64,000 nucleotides of DNA from Camelus ferus. Its lineage: Eukaryota. Below are positions 39,305-51,470 of the stretch, piece after piece. The stretch is taken from NCBI RefSeq assembly GCF_009834535.1, contig NC_045697.1, forward strand, positions 114,206,001 to 114,270,000, given 5' to 3'. The notes beneath the pieces were generated by a model. It worked only from the letters and a program-made list of their open reading frames with translations. It was not told the DNA's origin and made no database searches. The position numbers and the translations under genes are program-made. Within the stretch, counting starts at the first letter, position 1, and each line of letters starts with the position of its first letter.

Positions 39305-40928
39305 CTAATCTGTCCTAAGAAAGAAGAACAAAGCTGGGGGCATCACACTTCCTGATTTCAGACTTTATTACAAAGCTATTCTAATTAAAATGATATGCAT
39401 TGACACAAAAACAGACACATGGACCAATGGAATAGAATTGAGAGCCTAGAAATAAACCCACATATGTGTGTTCAACTAATATCTGAAAAGGAAGCCAAGA
39501 ATACTCAATGGGGAAAAGATAGTCTTATCAATAAATGATGTTGGGAAAACTGGATATTCACATGTGAATGAATGAAATCAGATCCCCATCTTAAGCCACC
39601 AACAAAGATTAACTCAAAATAGACTAAAGATTTATATAAGACTCAAAATTGTAAAACTGCTAAAAGAAAACATAGAAAGTTTCTTGACACTGGTCTTTGC
39701 ACAATTTTTTGGATGTGACACCAAAAGCACAAGCAATAAAAACAAAAGTAAACAAGTGAGACTGCATCCAAAACAAAACAAAACTTCTACACAACGAAAG
39801 AAGCAATCAGCAAAATGAAAAGGCAGCCTACAGAATGGGAGGAAATATTTGCAAACTGTCTATTTAATAAGGGATTGATAACCAAAGTACATAAAGAACT
39901 CATACAACTCAACAGCAAAAAAAAAAAAAAAACCCAAAAATCTGATTAAAAAATGGGCAAAGGGTTTGAATAGACATTTTCCTAAAGAAGACATACAAAT
40001 GCCCAACAGGCACATGAAAAGATGCTCAACATCACTAATCACCAAGGAAATGCAAATCAAAACCACAATGCGATTCGACCTCATATCTGTTAGAATGGCT
40101 GTTATTACAAAACCAGTGTTAACAAGGGTTGGAAAGGATGTGGAGAAAAGGAACCCTTATACACTGCTGCTGGGAATGTAAACTGTACAGCCACTGTAGA
40201 AAAGTTTGGAGGTTCCTCAAAACATTAGAAATGGAACAGCCATTATGATTCAGTGATTCCACTTTGGGGTATTTATCTGAAGAAAATGAAATCACTAGTA
40301 TGGAAGAGATGTCTGCACCCCCATGTTCATTACAGCATTATTCACAATAGTCAAGACATGACTGTCGTGTCCATCTATAGACACATGGATAAAGAAAATG
40401 TGATATATATGCATAGAAATATTATTCAGCCGTAAACAAAGAAGAAAATCACATCTTCTGCAAAAACAGGAATGGGCTTTGAGGACATTATGTTAAGCAA
40501 AATAAGTTATTCAGAGAAAGGCAAATACTTTACGTTCTCACTTGTATGTGTAATCTAAAAAAGTTCAACTCATAGAAACGGAGAATAGAATGACGGCTGC
40601 CAGAAGCTAGGAGATGGAGGAAATAGAGGGATGTTGATCAAAAGGTACAAACATGCAGCTTAAAGATAAACAAATTCTGAGGACCTAATGTACATCATAG
40701 TGACTATAATTAACAACACTGTGTCACAGACTTTCAAGTTGCTAACAGAATAGATCTTAAATGTTATCACCACACGCACGCACGCATGCATACACACAAA
40801 TGGTAATTACGTGAGGGGATGGAGATGTTGACTAACCTTGGTGATTATCATTTCTCAGTATATACACGTATCAAATCATCATATTCTATCATTAACCATC
40901 ATTAATAGTATCTCACTAAAGCTGGAAA
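39305..40928 (+). mobile_element. 5'-truncated L1MA-like LINE-1
   Basis: AAGAAGAACAAAGCTGGGGGCATCACACTTCCTGATTTC. ORF 39966..40181 reads [23 protein letters not shown]. 3' end TATCTCACTAAAGCTGGAAAAA. TSD core AAAGAATTG at 39294-39302 and 40929-40937. Confidence 0.92.
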
Positions 40929-41196
40929 AAAGAATTGAGTTTATAATGGAGATACTTTAATAATCCAAGAAAGAAATATTAGATCAAATTAAATGATCTA
41001 CAATGTTGAAAATATATAGTAGAGCAAACACAATCATGTTAGCAAACATGTACTGAAATCCTTCTGCCCTCCTTAGGTTAGTAAAGAATAATTTAGAACC
41101 TGAGTCATAATTCAGTTGGAGAACTCATGGCAGATCAAAGTGACGAAGGTCTCTAAAGATTGTCTTGTTTTATGGCATGTGTCTATGTTTTGTTTC

Positions 41197-41290
41197 TTTT
41201 TTTTTTTTTGGCTACTTCTTGTATCTTTTTTTATTAAAGTATACTCAGTTTACAATGTTGTGTCAATTTCTGGTGTACAGCATAATGTTT
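41197..41290 (-). mobile_element. ultra-short LINE-1 3' tip with split poly(A)
   Basis: TTATTAAAGTATACTCAGTTTACAATGTTGTGTCAATTTCTGGTGTACAGCATAATGTTT. TSD ATGTTTTGTT (41185-41194) / ATGTTTTCTT (41285-41294). Confidence 0.88.
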
Positions 41291-42289
41291 TCTTATAATG
41301 ATATTTGAACTTTAGAGCAGGACAAGTTATTAGAAAAATTAACAGAATGGTTAGTTGTGATTGCTTAGTGGAAAAATAAATAATATCAGAAACCACTTGG
41401 ATTTGTCAAAAATCAGTAATAGCTGATCGTTGTTTCCCTTTGCTAGGATAACCTTTTGTTAGAGGAGAGAAATCAAAATTTTCGAAGAGTTTTCGGACAT
41501 AGAAATTGTTAAAAAAAAATATACAATTGTTTAATTTAGTGACATGAACTAGTAGTAAGTTTGAAGTTAGACTTAGATGATAGACTTCAGATATTAGATG
41601 GTAATTATTAAGCAGCATGTTTTTAAGGAGCCCATTTATCAAATATAAAGAGATATAAATTTCATTTTAGGTGAGGATATTTGAGTTTTATTTTGGATCG
41701 TGTGTAATTTCAGAAATAACCTGAAAGAACAATTATACCACTGTTCCTTTTTAGAGGACCACTTGCAGGCTCATAGTTGGTATAAATTAACTTTAGGAAA
41801 GAAGAGCTGTTTGAAATGGTAAAAGTAAATATGGACTCTGCCCTGGTGAAATCACAGATGAGGGATGGAATAAACCTGGAGTGTTTGTCATGCCAGCAGC
41901 CATGCTGATCACACACAGGGAGATTCACAGACTGTACCTTCAAAATACAATACTCACCATCGCATTTCGGTTCACATTTGGCCACCTGAGTCCAGCACCC
42001 CAGTCTCTCTCTCGGGCTGCCCAAGAACCTAGCATCCGACCTTACTGTTGTTGTGTTAACAGAGAAATAATGACAGCCATTTATAAATTTGTTATGTCCT
42101 TTTATTTGCTTTTGAATATTTTAAAAGCACAAGAATGCCCAACAACTTTATATATTGTGAGAAAATGCTTTTTTTAGAAAATAGCTTTTCTCTAAAACTG
42201 TGAGTTAATACAAAATTGGAACTCAAAGTGAATATTTGCAATAGTAATAAAGTATACGTGTAATATGAGTAAACTGTAGTTATAAAATT

Positions 42290-42540
42290 AAATACAAATA
42301 TATTATTAAATTATCACTATTTTAATATTTAATAATATGTATATATTATTTAGTAACATTATTAGCATTTAGTAATACAAAATTTATAGTTACTATCTAA
42401 TTTAGCAATACATTTAGTTGTTATTTAGTAATTTAGTAATGAATGTTTATAGTTTATAATATCTAATAGTTTATGTTTATAATACCTAATTATTTAAATG
42501 ACTATTTTAAATGATAAACCTAGTAATAAAACCATAAAAT
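42290..42540. repeat. AT-rich low-complexity tract
   Basis: Degenerate TTTAGTAA / GTTTATAATA reiterations with very few G/C. Confidence 0.6.
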
Positions 42541-44099
42541 ATATGGTAATACGTTTTATTCATGTGATCAGTAGTAACATGACACTATGCTTCAAGGTAC
42601 CATCTTTATGTGAAGGAGTATATTTCCTAACATGAGTGTTTAGTTTAATGTCTTTAATTGTTTTTTTTTTACATTTTCAAAATGAGCTTAATTCAAAAAC
42701 TGAGCAAATAAAAGCAACTGAAGGTCACTCTGTGACTCTATGATGTTTGTGTAGGGAGAAAGACAAAGAGAGGGGTCCTAGTTGTATTTTTCCAGCTCCA
42801 TCAAGAGAACCAGGATCACGTCTCTTGGCCCCTAGAGTTCACCCTGGACCCCTGACCACACAGGGTAGCCCTTGGGAAGACCAGTGGTTTACAGTTAGTT
42901 TAGCGCAGGCCACATGATGGCGCCACTGAGCCAGTGACATCATCTTATGAGTGACTATTAAGGAGTTGTATTTTAGTGTTCTGTGACGATGCTGTCTTTA
43001 TTCCGTTGTTCACATCTCTTCCCTGTAGTCTCAAGTCCATAATAACCGTTCAGTTTCAACAGTAGCATTTATTCAGCATGTCTGTATTGTTCAAAATCTA
43101 TCCTGCCTTTCCAATATTTAATATTTTTTTCTGATATTTATAATGAAATTTTTATGGGAAGATGGTTAGTTCCTGGAAGTGGCCCGCATTTTATTTTAGA
43201 GAGAATTCTATGCTTTTCATTTCATAGTCACATCCATTTCTGGGCACTTAGTGACTATCGTTTGATAAAGGTAACATCAGTCCCCAAGAAAGATTATATA
43301 ACGTTCATCAGTGTCATCTCTTGATATTCTTTTCTTATATGAGTAAAATTTACAAAAAAGGGAAGAATTACAATAAAAAATAAATTTTTCATACACAGAT
43401 TTACAGGGACACGAACAAAGGAATCACAATTTACCATCTTTATTATCAGCTGGTAATATCAAGAAGGCAGTGTTATTTTAAAGTTTTTGATTGTTTACTT
43501 GCTTATTTTGCTTTTAGCTTGAATTCTTCCTTGGATGATTATTTACTGTTATTACCTGCTTGAGCGTGCGCACGCACGTCTGTGTGTGTAAATCTTGGAT
43601 ATATGTTAGTGAACACACCCCTACTTGCCAAAATAAAAAATAACATTACAATCAGGTAAAACAGACAACTCTTGTAAGCATATAGAATGATCAAGTCAAA
43701 TGGTTAATATTCTGTGACTCCCAGAATGATATAGTGGTATCTGTTTTATTGACCCTGAAAGTCAAAAGTATATCTATTTTATAGATGAAGAGGTATTCAT
43801 AATTTCAAGTGATTCAGCATTGCTTATATAAGTAGATAAAAAAGTATTATATGCACAAAAGAGAAGATGTTTCCACTTCATAGGTCATGGAAGATATTTT
43901 TAACCTCATTCAAGGCTGTAGTAAAAGTTAACTTTTCAAAGTGTATTTTTTTTTATGGTATTTTAAACAGTAGAGGTTTTAGGTAATTGGACTCCTTTCT
44001 TCCGGAATCATAGGTATGCAAAGATAGCTGAGACCTCACAGATAAAATAGTGGAATCTTTTTATTTGACTGATGATGTTAAAATGCTTCATCTAGTTTA

Positions 44100-46095
44100 A
44101 AATAGCTTGTCTAATTTCATCATTTCCATTCTTTGCAGTCGCTTCACCTCAAAAACAATGCAATGATATCTGCTCCCCCAAATCCACTGAAACTTCTTTC
44201 CCTAAATTCAAAGTCATCCTACTTAATTACCAGACAAAACAGGCATTCTCCCGGACTGGTTGGATACAACTTTTCGTGGTATTTGAGATTGTTGAGCACT
44301 TTGTAGATCTAGAAATTCTCAATAGTATTCTTTTCTAAACTTCCCTCAACACCCTAACAACGCCTTAGTCTCTTTCATTGGTTCCACTTCCTCTTCCTTT
44401 GGTCTTAAGGGAGGGTCCTTCTTGGATCCCTTATTGACTCTTGCCACAATGTACTCTCTTTGGATGACCTCCTCAGCAACTCTCTTGAGTTCCCCAGAAT
44501 GTTTTATTCCTTTTACACTCTGTTATCAAATAAATAATGCTCTTCTCCATGATTTCAACTACCACCTGCATTTTAATTAACTCTTTTTGTAATTAACTCT
44601 TAAGTTGAACATATATCCTAAGCGTCCAGATTTGTAAGTTCAACCGCATGTGTAGCACGTGCAATTCGGAGTCGCAGAGATGTGTCTCAAGTTCCATAGA
44701 CCCAGAACTGATTCATTACTGTTTCACAAAAACCATCCCTCATCCTTTTTTTCTTATCTCAACATGCACTTGATTATTCAATCAGGAAATGTGTTTTGTT
44801 TTTTTTTTTTTAAATTCCTTATACTCTTCTAAACATAGCTTTATTATATCTTTTTGTAAATGTGCTGTCTTTCTGTTTAATATCTGAAAAATATTTTTTA
44901 AAAATCCAAAATTTCATAATATCTCAAATTGCTCCTCAAAAGCCTATTTTTTAAACTGAATTATAGTTGGTTTACTATGTTGGGTTAATTTCTGGTGTGC
45001 AGCATAGTGATTCAGTTATACACATATATATTTATTTTCCTATTCTTTTTCATCATAGGCTATTACAAGATATTGAATATAGTCCCCTGTGCTGTAGAGT
45101 AGGTCCTTGTTGTTTACCTATTTTATATATAGTAGTTAGTATCTGCCAATCCTGAAATCCCACTTTATCCCTCCTCCCCACCTTCCTCCCTGGTAACCAT
45201 AAGTTTGTTTCCTATGTCTGTGACTCTTTTTCTGTTTTGTAAATAAGTTCATGTGTGTCATTTTTTTTTCTTGATTCCACATGTAAGTGATATCATATAG
45301 TATTTGTCTTTCTCTGTCTGGGTTACTTCACTTAGTATGATCATCTCTAGTTCCATCCACATTGCTGCAAATGGCATTCTTTTACTCATTTTATGGCTGA
45401 ATAGTATTCCATTGTATAAATATACCACATCTTCTTTATCCAGTCATCTGTTCATAGACATTTAGGTTACTTCCGTGTCTCAGCTACTGTAAATAGTGCC
45501 AACAGTCTATTCTGACCCTGCCTCCACAGTGCTCATTCTAATGTCCAAATTTGGTTTTATAGTAGCTTTGCTTAAAATAGACTCCCTGCTCTAGTCCAAA
45601 CTCCTTAGAGCATCACACGAGTGTGTCCATGAACAGCTCATGATCCACCAGCATCCTTCAGCATCTTCCATGGGCAGAATGACTCATTATATGAGGGGGA
45701 GGAAGAATTCTTACTCATTACCAACTCCCTGCATTTCTACTAGTGTTCTGGCTTCTGGAAAGATCATCTCTCCGCACGAAATTCACCACCACCTCATCCT
45801 ATTTTATGGCTCATTTTTTAGTTCAGTTTTCATATCATCTATGGATTCTTTCTTGGTCCTTGCCCTGAGACAACGATTAGTCAGTCATCCCCTAATCTGA
45901 AGTGTCCTCCAGACTTGCAGATATATACCACGCATAAAAGTGTCAGACACTCCCTGTCTTGTGTTATAATGGTTTGTTTACAGGTAGGAATTTTCCACTA
46001 GCTTTACTGTCAGGGAGTTTTCAACTCTATATTAACCGTCCTTGGCACATACTAAACCAGAGGCACTAAGAATCTGTTGAATGAATTAATGGTCT
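44100..46095 (+). mobile_element. long L2 relic split by an L1 at 44949-45499
   Basis: TCCACTGAAACTTCT...CCATGATTTCAACTACCACC...CCCAGAACTGA on the left; CAGTCTATTCT...GTCCAAACTCCTTAG...CTTGGCACATA...TGTTGAATGAATTAAT (L2 3' terminus) on the right. Confidence 0.72.
44949..45499 (-). mobile_element. 5'-truncated LINE-1
   Basis: Antisense 3'UTR TTTCTGGTGTGCAGCATAGTGATTCAGTTATAC... TSD CAAAAGCCTATT (44937-44948) / CAACAGTCTATT (45500-45511), 10/12. Confidence 0.92.
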
Positions 46096-46224
46096 TAATT
46101 GGGCAACGTCCCTTGCTATTATTCAAATCACTTAATAGGTCAATAAAGACACAAGTCATTACTTTTACTAGTCTTTTAAAATATGTTTTTCTGCAAATTC
46201 TCTCTCAAATCATAGGAATTTTTT

Positions 46225-46407
46225 AACATTTTTTATTGATTTATAATAATTTTACAATGTTGTGTCAAATTCCAGTGTAGAGCACAATTTTTCAGTTATA
46301 CATGAACATATATATATTCATTGTCACATTTTTTTCTCTGTGAGCTACCATAAGATCTTGTATATATTTCCCTGTGCTATACAGTATAATCTTGTTTATC
46401 TATTCTA
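46225..46407 (-). mobile_element. young 5'-truncated LINE-1 with perfect TSD
   Basis: Same 3'UTR type as 7159-7803. TSD CATAGGAATTTTTT is identical at 46211-46224 and 46408-46421. Confidence 0.95.
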
Positions 46408-48254
46408 CATAGGAATTTTTTTGATTTTTCAGAATCGCATTATTTGTATACAATGTATATGTGTATATATTATATGTAAATATATATGATGCATTCATAT
46501 GCTATTCATAAGTATAAGTATTGCAAACACAGTAAAAGTTACTTGTGAACGTCATTACTTTAAGAGATATTTTTAAACAGTTCTTACTGTTCAAAAGGAA
46601 AATTTTGTGGAAAAACACTAGAATAAAATATTATATTGAATTTCAATATATAAAAATTTAACCATATTTGATTATCTTTCATATAGCAATGTACATTTTT
46701 GGAATTGGGAATTTAAATGATAGCAATTTTAATGTTCACATATGATGCATGTGTACTTCTTAACAGGACAGAGAATAACCTTGGAAATTTAAATTTTTCT
46801 ATTTTATTTCCAAAGATTGTATCATTTCCCCCACAAAATGGCACAAAAGAATGCATTCAGGTGATAATATGTCAGTTTATAAACTAGGCAGATGGTGCTT
46901 GCTTGTCTTATCAGATGTGTGGTATGAGGTGTATTTCGAAGGGGGAAAAATGAATTTCACAGTCCAGACAAGAATTTACAGTATGTCTATTGATTAGATA
47001 TTTGGGAATGACTAAAAGAGCCAAAATGTTTCCTTGTGCTAAGTCACGAAAGGCTCATGTTGAATTTTGGAGAACGTGCAAGAATTGTGATTATCAAATA
47101 AGCTAAACATCATAACAGTTTACTGCTGGTGGGAGCCCATATGCCATCCCTCACACCCTTCCCCTCAGAATAGCAATGCAGCCCCCGAGGGGGCGGGGAG
47201 ATGTTAATATGTGTGCTCACCGCCCTCCCCCCATCCCAGTGTGTTCAAGTACTCTGGTCAATTCGAGGAAATGAAGATTGACTTGTTCATTTATTTATTT
47301 CAGTTTTTCTTCAAGATTTCTTGAAGTCCTTAACATTTTGAGGTTCACAGGTCTCTTTGTTGAGTAATTAGAGAGAGACTATTTCCCAAACATTTCATCA
47401 AAGAGTATTTTTCATTTAATTTTGTGTCTAAAGCACACAGGATCATCTTGACTTCAATACTGATACCTTCACTTTGTAAACAGAGCATCTCAAGGCCAGA
47501 GCCCGTAAGACCTTCTCTTAAAGCCACAAAGCAAGTGAACAGAGAAGAATCAAATGCTCCACCTCTACAAAAATATACCCTCAGACACAATTTCACCTTC
47601 ACCAAAATCTTTCACTTAAGCAGGGGAAAGTAATTTTGGTCAAGGCAAATATTATGATCCAAAACAATAAGCACTCAAATTTTTAAAAATCCAATTATAG
47701 ATATCTTTATTAATTCTCGTACCCACTTAAGAACTAGGAAAGTATATCATAACAGGCAAGAAATTCTCTGGAATTAGTTGGCAGTATGTTCACTTCCTTT
47801 CAAGGTACACAACTTGGAGAACAGGAGGTGTTCCGAAAGGGCAAAAAAACACACACAAAAAAACATGTCTTAAGACCTAAGATCAGTGGCCAATAGTTCT
47901 CTGTACTATAATCATAACCACAAAGAGAACTCCGCTTGGCCAACAGGAAATATTTTCACCTACGTTAAATCCCTATATATGATATTACATCAGCCAAAAG
48001 TTCCAACGGTACTGGTTGTTACTTAAATCTGTAATATTTATATCATATATATTTTTAAAACCATTGAAAACAATAAGCCGATTCTGGAATTCCACTGTGT
48101 CTTTGTTTCTGGTCTCTATTCATCTCAAAAATGCTTCTGATTCTCATCTTTCCCTTAATTATTGCTTTTTCTTTGCAAACAAAATTGCAAAACGTGTTTG
48201 TTCCTTGTCACTGATGCAAAACAATCCTTTAAGGGGAAAATTGGCCGTAAGTAT

Positions 48255-48360
48255 CTGAGATTTTGGCTCCGTGGTTTGACGACACTGCAAACGCTCGTGT
48301 AAAGGCAGGTGGCAAAACGTGAATCCAAAACTCTATCCATTATGTTCATTTACTTTACCA
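48255..48360 (-). mobile_element. possible MIR fragment
   Basis: CTGAGATTTTGGCTCCGTGG...GGTGGCAAAACGTGAATCCAAAACTC...CTTTACCA resembles antisense MIR. Confidence 0.4.
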
Positions 48361-49399
48361 TTTAGAAAGCACAGATGTTAACTACGGAACAACAAGGTGG
48401 TTTTTATTGTAATCACCTGCTGTTACGCTCCCTCCTGGCACAGTGGCCAAAAGGATTCTCGTTCCCTTCTCATTTACGAGGTGTGTGTTATTTGATGGCT
48501 CAAAACAAAACTGGAAATTATTTTTCGTTCATAAGAAATGCTTCGAATGAGATAATTTTGAAGGAAAATTGGTAGAAATTTCAATTGCATGCTATCAGAC
48601 TTAATTGTATACATTCATTGTAATGTGATTTGTGTTGATTTTCAACTTGAAAATCTAGTTCTCTCTTGGTGTATCTCTTGATTTCCTATTGTTTAGGTAG
48701 AATCCCTTCTCTTCACTGACAATCCTGGAACTGATTATTATTTGATTCTTGTTTCCTTTAGCTCTGAGTCACAAAATGGAAATTTTTAATATTTTCCAGT
48801 TTGTTATTGAATTAAAATTAATATTTTAAAGAGCTTTTGCTGTTAAATACCAGAACTTATATATAAATATACACTCATAGGTAGTATTTACATACATAAT
48901 GTATAGTGTTACATATATATGATACTATATTGCGTATCTATAAGGATTTTGTCATTAATGTACTAGCCAGAGGTTATATTGGCAGAGAAATAATTAATCT
49001 AATGTCACAAAGACTGTTCCTAGAGGTAGGGGCCACTTGCCTCCTTCTTCTCATTACGTCTAGTGAGATTGAAAGTTTTGTAACTCTGATTTTTCCTCAT
49101 GGGAGTTAATCTATTTCCCAAAGGGCCTAAATTCCCCGCCACTGGCATCTACAAAACGCAGAGTTTCCAAGTCCACTTCTCTCATCACTTCCCTCTTCAC
49201 CAGAGACCTGGTGGAGGACAGGACCACATATTCTGCCTCTACTGACACAGCCTTTGGCACACTCTTGGTCTACCGGAATCGGTCCCTGTCCATGGCGCGA
49301 CCGTATCAAAATATTCACCTCTGTCTCTGTTGATCTTCCTGCTTGCGTGCATATCCTGTTTATAAAACACAGCGAACACGGGAAAATACGTGCTTTACT

Positions 49400-49908
49400 T
49401 GTCGACTGAAATAAAACGCACAGCCTAAAAGTTGAGAGTGATGATTTGTTCGGTGGACTTTCTGAGGACTCAAACCCCCTTGAGCCCAGGATGACAGCCT
49501 CTCAGATTGCTCTGAGGGACTGCTCCAAAGACGTGGGGGGGGGGCAGGATATACAGGAGTTCTTACAGCAGAGACCAGGTAGTCAGAGCATCAGAGATTA
49601 CTGTTAAAGAAAACCAGACATCTCAAGTTAATGAATTTAGCACTTTTCTATGTATGGGAAGATACAAGAGTCTGGGCTCATTGAAATCATTCCTTTCATG
49701 TGCATCTTAGCTGTCTAGGGCCGTGTCCTGTTCTATATCCTGTGTCTCCTCAGGGGGTACCACTGAGGATGGCGGCAGAGGCCGGGCTGCCTGCTTGTCA
49801 GCATCCTGACTTCCATCCGGCTCCCCGTGGGGGACCACAGCAGTGGCTGATGACTTGATGGCCACATCCTTTATTTACTGATACAGCTGGCAATATTTTT
49901 TTATCACA
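49400..49908 (-). mobile_element. complete ERV1-type solo LTR (509 bp)
   Basis: TG...CA termini (TGTCGACTGAAA ... TTTTATCACA). The 4-bp flanks TACT / TATT (3/4) fit the ERV1 TSD length. Internal AAAGAAAACCAGACATCTCAAGTTAATGAATTTAGCACTTTTCTATGTATGGGAAGA recalls laurasiatherian ERV1 LTRs. Confidence 0.88.
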
Positions 49909-50399
49909 TATTATGATGTCCAATAAATGTCATAACTGCTAAAGTAAACTTAGACACAGAAAACATACATTTTTTTCAATTATTCAATAAAAATGTATTG
50001 AACATCTATCATTTGGTAAATAGAACTTAACTCTGGCCTAGAAAGATTCATGATATACAACTTTACCCTCAGAGAAAATATAATCCAGCAGAGGAAAGCA
50101 CAGATTCTAAAATTGTCAGATAACTTTTCTAAAAAACCCAATGTCTTTTTTGTGGTTAAAAAATACCCTCCTCCCAAATAAAACATCCTTTTAGAAAATA
50201 TGAATTGTAACATGCCCAATGGACCCTATCACATATTCACCATCCAACTCTTCACTGCCCTTTAATTTAACTGATGTTTAACTAAATATCTTTATTTAAA
50301 AGAGTTTACAAATATGTACATTTTCCATTTGTAAAGCCTTTGCTTTTTTTGGTAAATCACCTTTTGAATTCTAATAATGAAGGATCTTTGAAATATTAT

Positions 50400-51470
50400 T
50401 GTATTAATAAAATGACTCTAGGGGGTTGCAACAAATCAACAAAAACATTGTGATGGCATAAATATGACAGACTTTTTTTTCTTGCTTATGTAAAAATAAA
50501 AACATGTTTCTGAAAGGCTACTAATTTTCCTCCAAGTAATAATTGAGGGACTCAGGTCCTTACATCTAATGGCTTCATTATCTTCAGCACATGACTTCAG
50601 AGTGTCACCTGTTTATCTGCATCAGGGCCATGAAAGGAATGTGCCATGGGGCCCACCCAGCTTGTGGTCCTGGCCCAGAGTCACTGCATAAACCTGTGCT
50701 GATTTCTTATTGTCTCTGTCATTCAACCACATCTGCTACAGGAAACACTGAAAAATGCACACACTGCTGAATTCAGGAAGAAAAAAATGGATTTGGTGAA
50801 ACATCCAGAGAAAACCCTAATTCGAAAAGACATGTGCACCCCACTGTTCATAGCAGCTCTATATACAATAGCCAAGAAATGGAAGCAACCTAAATGTCCA
50901 TCAACAGATGACTGGATACAGATGCTGTGGTATATTTATACAACAGAATACTACTCAGCCATAAAAAATAATGAAATGATGCCATTTGCAGCAACATAGA
51001 CATAACTAGAGATGATCATATTAAGTGAAGTAAATCAGATAGAGAAAGACAAATATCTGATATCACTTACATGTGAAATCTTTAAAAAAATGATACAAAT
51101 GAACTTATTTACAAAACAGAAAGAGACTCACAGACATAGAAAATAAATTTATGGTTACCAAAGGTGAAAGGGCAGGGAGGGATAAATTAGGAGTTTGGGA
51201 TTAACAGATATACACCACTATATCAAAAGAGATAAACAACAAGGACCAACTGTTGAGCACAGGAACTATATTCAGTATCTTGTAATAACCTGTAATGAAA
51301 AAGAATCCAAAAAGGAATATATACATATGTATATCTGAATCACTATGCTGTACACCACACACTAACACAACACTGTAAATCTACTATACTTTAATTAAAA
51401 ATATTTTTAAAAGTACAATCAGAACTCAAAAAGATGGATTTGGTAAATAGCTATTCTTTATGTCTTAATC
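50400..51470 (-). mobile_element. old MaLR LTR (MLT1K-like) interrupted by an L1 at 50801-51427
   Basis: TTGAGGGACTCAGGTCCTTACATCTAATGGCTTCATTATCTTC...TGGCCCAGAGT...GGAAGAAAAAAATGGATTTGGTGAA, resuming TAGCTATTC after the L1. Confidence 0.55.
50801..51427 (+). mobile_element. 5'-truncated LINE-1 with 20-bp TSD
   Basis: ORF 50787..50999 reads CTPLFIAALYTIAKKWKQPKCPSTDDWI. TSD AAAAAAATGGATTTGGTGAA (50781-50800) / AAAAAGATGGATTTGGTAAA (51428-51447), 18/20. Confidence 0.95.
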
